Source of the DNA: a bacterium
GTDB taxonomy: Bacteria > Bacteroidota > Bacteroidia > Bacteroidales > P3
Reading direction: 5' to 3'
NCBI GenBank assembly: GCA_014802725.1
Contig: JAAVBS010000006.1
Span: 94,625-158,624 of the forward strand
DNA length: 64,000 nucleotides
How positions within the stretch are numbered: the first letter of the stretch is position 1; each line of letters begins with the position of its first letter. Of the stretch, positions 60,802 through 64,000 are shown piece after piece. Position numbers and translations under genes: made by a program. The notes beneath the pieces are model-generated. The model saw only the letters and a program-made list of their open reading frames with translations. It did no database searches and was not told the origin of the DNA.

Positions 60802-61698
60802 TTAGGGTTCACAGACCACCCGCAAGCCCACGACATCCCGTTTGATGTCGGAAAGATTGGCAAAGCGCCGCGACACACGGCAGGAGTTCTGTTTGAAACG
60901 CCAACTGCCGCCCCGTTTTACGCGGAAAGCACCGGTTTCCGGCCCTTTCGGGTTATGCGTGGGGGAAACGCTGTAATAATTCGGTGAATACCAATCCGAA
61001 CACCATTCCCATACGTTGCCGCTCATATCGTAGAGCCCCAAACCGTTCGGTTTTTTCTGCCCCACCGGATGCACGACACCGTCGCTGTTGAGAAACCGCC
61101 ACGCTACTTTCTTACTGTCGTTGTCGCCACTGTATTTCGTGCCGTCCTTATGCTGACCGCCACGCGCCGCATATTCCCACTCCGCTTCGGTCGGCAGACG
61201 GTAAGTCCGCCCCGTAACCGCACTCAGCCGCTGACAGAACAATTCGGCCCGTTCCCAACTTACATAATAAGTAGGATAATTCGCACCCACGCCGTCGATG
61301 GTATTCGACGAGTCTTCCACCACCAGGCGCGCGAACTCCGCGCCCATCAGCATCATCCACTGCCACTGCGTTATCTCGTACTTGCCGATAAAAAAGTCAT
61401 CCAACGTAACCGTATGTACCGGAAATTCATCGGCATAGGCATCGTTGCCCTGTTCCGGCGTTGCACCCATCTCGAAAGAACCGCCCTTTACATATACCAT
61501 GTGCAGGTTCAATCCAAACGCATTCTCCACATAATCGACGGTATCGAGCGGCATGATTTCCGATTGGCCGTTCCCTTCTTCTTCCGTTTCGAAATCAAAC
61601 ACCGGTTCGGACATCGGCCATGCCTGCAAAAGCGAAATACCCAATCCCCAAACGGCCAAAAGCCATCCGAAATTCCAATGCTTGATTTTTACTTTCAC
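60802..61698 (-). CDS. Secreted SUMF1/FGE-fold (formylglycine-generating-enzyme-like) domain protein (GTG start)
   Basis: 298 aa. Signal peptide, then Y.I.KYE.T..QW, RLPTEAEWEYAARGG, GL.DM.GNVWEW, RV.RGGSW. Confidence 0.8.
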   Translation of the reverse strand: MKVKIKHWNFGWLLAVWGLGISLLQAWPMSEPVFDFETEEEGNGQSEIMPLDTVDYVENAFGLNLHMVYVKGGSFEMGATPEQGNDAYADEFPVHTVTLDDFFIGKYEITQWQWMMLMGAEFARLVVEDSSNTIDGVGANYPTYYVSWERAELFCQRLSAVTGRTYRLPTEAEWEYAARGGQHKDGTKYSGDNDSKKVAWRFLNSDGVVHPVGQKKPNGLGLYDMSGNVWEWCSDWYSPNYYSVSPTHNPKGPETGAFRVKRGGSWRFKQNSCRVSRRFANLSDIKRDVVGLRVVCEP

Positions 61699-61831
61699 TT
61701 GATTTACAATAACATGTCAATAATCACCCTATAATAAATAGGTATCGTGCTCGCTTTTAAAGTTCGTAAAGGTATAACTTTTATAGAAAAAATACAAAAA
61801 CTTTTTCTTCAGGGCGTATCGTTTTTTTTCG

Positions 61832-61839
61832 TATATTTG
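61832..61839 (+). promoter_or_regulatory. Candidate -7 promoter box (TATATTTG) for the EF-G paralogue
   Basis: TAnnTTTG match, 48 nt upstream of the ATG at 61887. Confidence 0.4.
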
Positions 61840-61886
61840 AATAGTAGCATCTAAAAACAACTCTATAAACTAAAAATCAAATCATT

Positions 61887-64000
61887 ATGAAAATTTACAA
61901 TGCTCAGGACATTCGCAACATCGCCCTGCTCGGCGGTGCCAAATCCGGCAAGACCACGCTGGCGGAAGCCATGGCCTTTGAGGGCAAAACCATCTCCCGC
62001 ATGGGGGCCGTAGATGACAAGAATACCGCGTCCGACTACCGTGACATCGAAACCGAAAAACAGATTTCCGTTACGGCCAGCCTGCTTTACGCCGAATTCA
62101 ACAACCGTAAAATCAACATCCTCGATACGCCCGGCACACCCGACTTTATCGGCGAGCCCATCGGGGCCTTGCACGCGGTGGAAGCGGGCGTGGTGCTCGT
62201 AAACGCCACCTCGGGTATCGAAGTGGGCACCGAAATCATCTGGCGGCGCGCGGCCAAACTGGAAACCCCCATCCTGTTCGCCGTCAACCAACTCGACCAC
62301 GAAAAGGCCAATTTTGAAGACACCGTCCGCCAACTGAAAGAGAGTTTCGGCAAGAAGGTCACGGTGGTGCAATATCCCGTGGCCACGGGCGCGCAGTTTG
62401 ACGCCGTGGTGGACTTGGTGTTGCAGAAACTCATCACATTCCCCAAAGACGGTTCTCCGGCCGTGCTGTCGGACATTCCCGACAGCGAACGTCCGCGCGC
62501 CGATGAAATGTATAAACTGCTCGTGGAGGCCTCCGCACAGGGTGCCGACGACCTCATGGAAAAATATTTCGAAACCAACGACCTGACGATAGACGAAATG
62601 CGGCGCGGCATCAAGTTGGGCTTGGGCAACCGCAGCGTCTTTCCCGTCATGTGCGTTTCGGCCAAGCAGAACAAGGGCGTGGCGCGTCTGCTCGAATTTA
62701 TCGGCTACAACGTGATTCCGCCTACCGAAGGCCGCGGCCTGACGACCAAAGACGGCGCCCCGTTTATCTGCGATCCGGCCAAACCGCTGACGGCCTTTAT
62801 CTTCAAGACGGCCAAAGAAGCGCATATCGGCGATATCGCGTTCCTTAAAGTCATGAGCGGCGAAATAGCCGAGGGCATGGATATCGTCAACACGTGCACG
62901 GGCAACAAAGAGCGCGTCTCCCAGTTGATGACGGCCGTGGGCAAAAACCGTGTAAAGGTGGACAAGGCCATGGCCGGCGACATCGTACTGACGATGAAAC
63001 TCAAAGACGCCAAATTCAACCAGACGCTGGCCGCCCCGTCCGAAAGCACGGTCTTTGCGGACATCGTCTATCCCGAACCGATTTTTACAACGGCCATCAA
63101 GGCGGTCAACGCGACGGAAGACGAGAAGTTGGGCACGGCGCTGAACGAAATGCACCAGGCCGACCCGACCCTGCGCGTGGACTATTCGCGCGAACTGAAA
63201 CAATTGCTGTTGAGCGGCCAGGGTGAATACCATATCTCCATCGCCAAATGGCTGTTGGACAACCAGTATAAAATAGCCACCGAATTCATCACGCCCAAGA
63301 TTCCCTACCGCGAGACGATTACCAAGACGGCCGAGGCCATGTACCGCCACAAGAAACAATCGGGCGGCGCGGGTCAGTTTGCCGAAGTGTCGCTCTTTAT
63401 CGAACCTTACGAGGAGGGCATGACCCCGCAGACCAAATACCCCATCCGCGGCACGGAGACCGTGGAACTGCCGTGGGGCGGCCGCCTCGTGTTCAACAAC
63501 TGCATCGTGGGCGGCGCCATCGACGCCCGCTTTATGCCGGCCATCCTCAAAGGCGTGATGGAAAAGATGGAGGAAGGCCCGCTGACGGGTTCCTACGCGC
63601 GCGACATCGTGGTCAACGTGTTCGACGGCAAGATGCACCCCGTGGACTCCAACGAAATGGCGTTTAAACTGGCGGGACGCAACGCGTTCAAAGAGGCGTT
63701 CAAGAATGCCGGCCCCAAGATTTTGGAACCGGTTTACGATACGGACGTCAACGTACCCACCGACCGCATGGGCGACGTAATGACCGACCTTCAGGGTCGC
63801 CGTGCCATGGTGATGGGTATGGAGAGCGACGGCGCCTATCAGACGATTTTGGCCAAGGTTCCGCTGGCCGAGACGAACCGCTACGCCACCACGCTGTCAT
63901 CGCTTACGTCGGGCCGCGCCGCCTACGGCATGAAGTTTGCCGAATACGCACCGGTGCCCGCCGACCTGCAGGCGGAACTGCTCCAAGCCTACGAAGCCTC
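61887..64000 (+). CDS. Elongation factor G paralogue (EF-G2-like), 3' end outside window; not present in the supplied ORF track
   Basis: Hand-translated 704 codons with no stop. MKIYNAQDIRNIALLGGAKSGKTTLAEAM..., DTPGTPDF, NQLD, and EF-G domains II-V (e.g. YRETI, HKKQSGGAGQFA, and a C-terminus matching fusA ...GRA...M.F..Y). Confidence 0.9.
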   Translation, partial: MKIYNAQDIRNIALLGGAKSGKTTLAEAMAFEGKTISRMGAVDDKNTASDYRDIETEKQISVTASLLYAEFNNRKINILDTPGTPDFIGEPIGALHAVEAGVVLVNATSGIEVGTEIIWRRAAKLETPILFAVNQLDHEKANFEDTVRQLKESFGKKVTVVQYPVATGAQFDAVVDLVLQKLITFPKDGSPAVLSDIPDSERPRADEMYKLLVEASAQGADDLMEKYFETNDLTIDEMRRGIKLGLGNRSVFPVMCVSAKQNKGVARLLEFIGYNVIPPTEGRGLTTKDGAPFICDPAKPLTAFIFKTAKEAHIGDIAFLKVMSGEIAEGMDIVNTCTGNKERVSQLMTAVGKNRVKVDKAMAGDIVLTMKLKDAKFNQTLAAPSESTVFADIVYPEPIFTTAIKAVNATEDEKLGTALNEMHQADPTLRVDYSRELKQLLLSGQGEYHISIAKWLLDNQYKIATEFITPKIPYRETITKTAEAMYRHKKQSGGAGQFAEVSLFIEPYEEGMTPQTKYPIRGTETVELPWGGRLVFNNCIVGGAIDARFMPAILKGVMEKMEEGPLTGSYARDIVVNVFDGKMHPVDSNEMAFKLAGRNAFKEAFKNAGPKILEPVYDTDVNVPTDRMGDVMTDLQGRRAMVMGMESDGAYQTILAKVPLAETNRYATTLSSLTSGRAAYGMKFAEYAPVPADLQAELLQAYEA

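Noticed and set aside
61863-63638. 591-aa minus-strand ORF, the only track entry for this region.
   Set aside because: It is antisense to the EF-G paralogue, which has unmistakable GTPase and EF-G motifs on the + strand but is unlisted because it has no stop inside the window. The minus-strand product has no motifs.

Overview
This window looks like a core chromosomal segment of a Bacteroidota genome. It is probably a fairly GC-rich Bacteroidales such as an Alistipes/Rikenellaceae-like organism, but the taxon call is low confidence. Support: candidate TAnnTTTG -7 boxes upstream of most transcription units, an str/S10/spc/alpha ribosomal cluster with no tuf and no adk, a MurF-Alr fusion, GldH, a TonB-receptor/DUF4249 pair, and a patatin-Omp85 protein. 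About 18 kb (21.2-39.3 kb, + strand) is one r-protein/secY/infA/rpoA block. The rest is housekeeping: dxs, a flavodiiron protein, parC, aroC, buk, psd/cdsA, ftsH, nucleotide-sugar genes, eno, holB, PBP1A, pepA, recA, lplA and 3 tRNAs. I found no CRISPR array, transposase, integrase, phage gene or recognisable defence system, and no convincing novel multi-gene system. The most interesting items are single genes: (1) a second EF-G paralogue with the switch-II catalytic His replaced, which runs off the window end and so is missing from the ORF track; (2) a full-length PdxA homologue that has lost all the His residues at the conserved positions I recall; (3) a Cys/His-rich single-TM mini-protein whose ATG overlaps the recA stop codon; (4) a structured GC-rich 102-nt spacer inside the alpha operon. 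rpmD (59 aa) and rpmJ (38 aa) fall below the ORF-track size cutoff and were found by eye. The many long ORFs antisense to real genes are shadow ORFs. All homology calls are from memory of family motifs; no searches were run.
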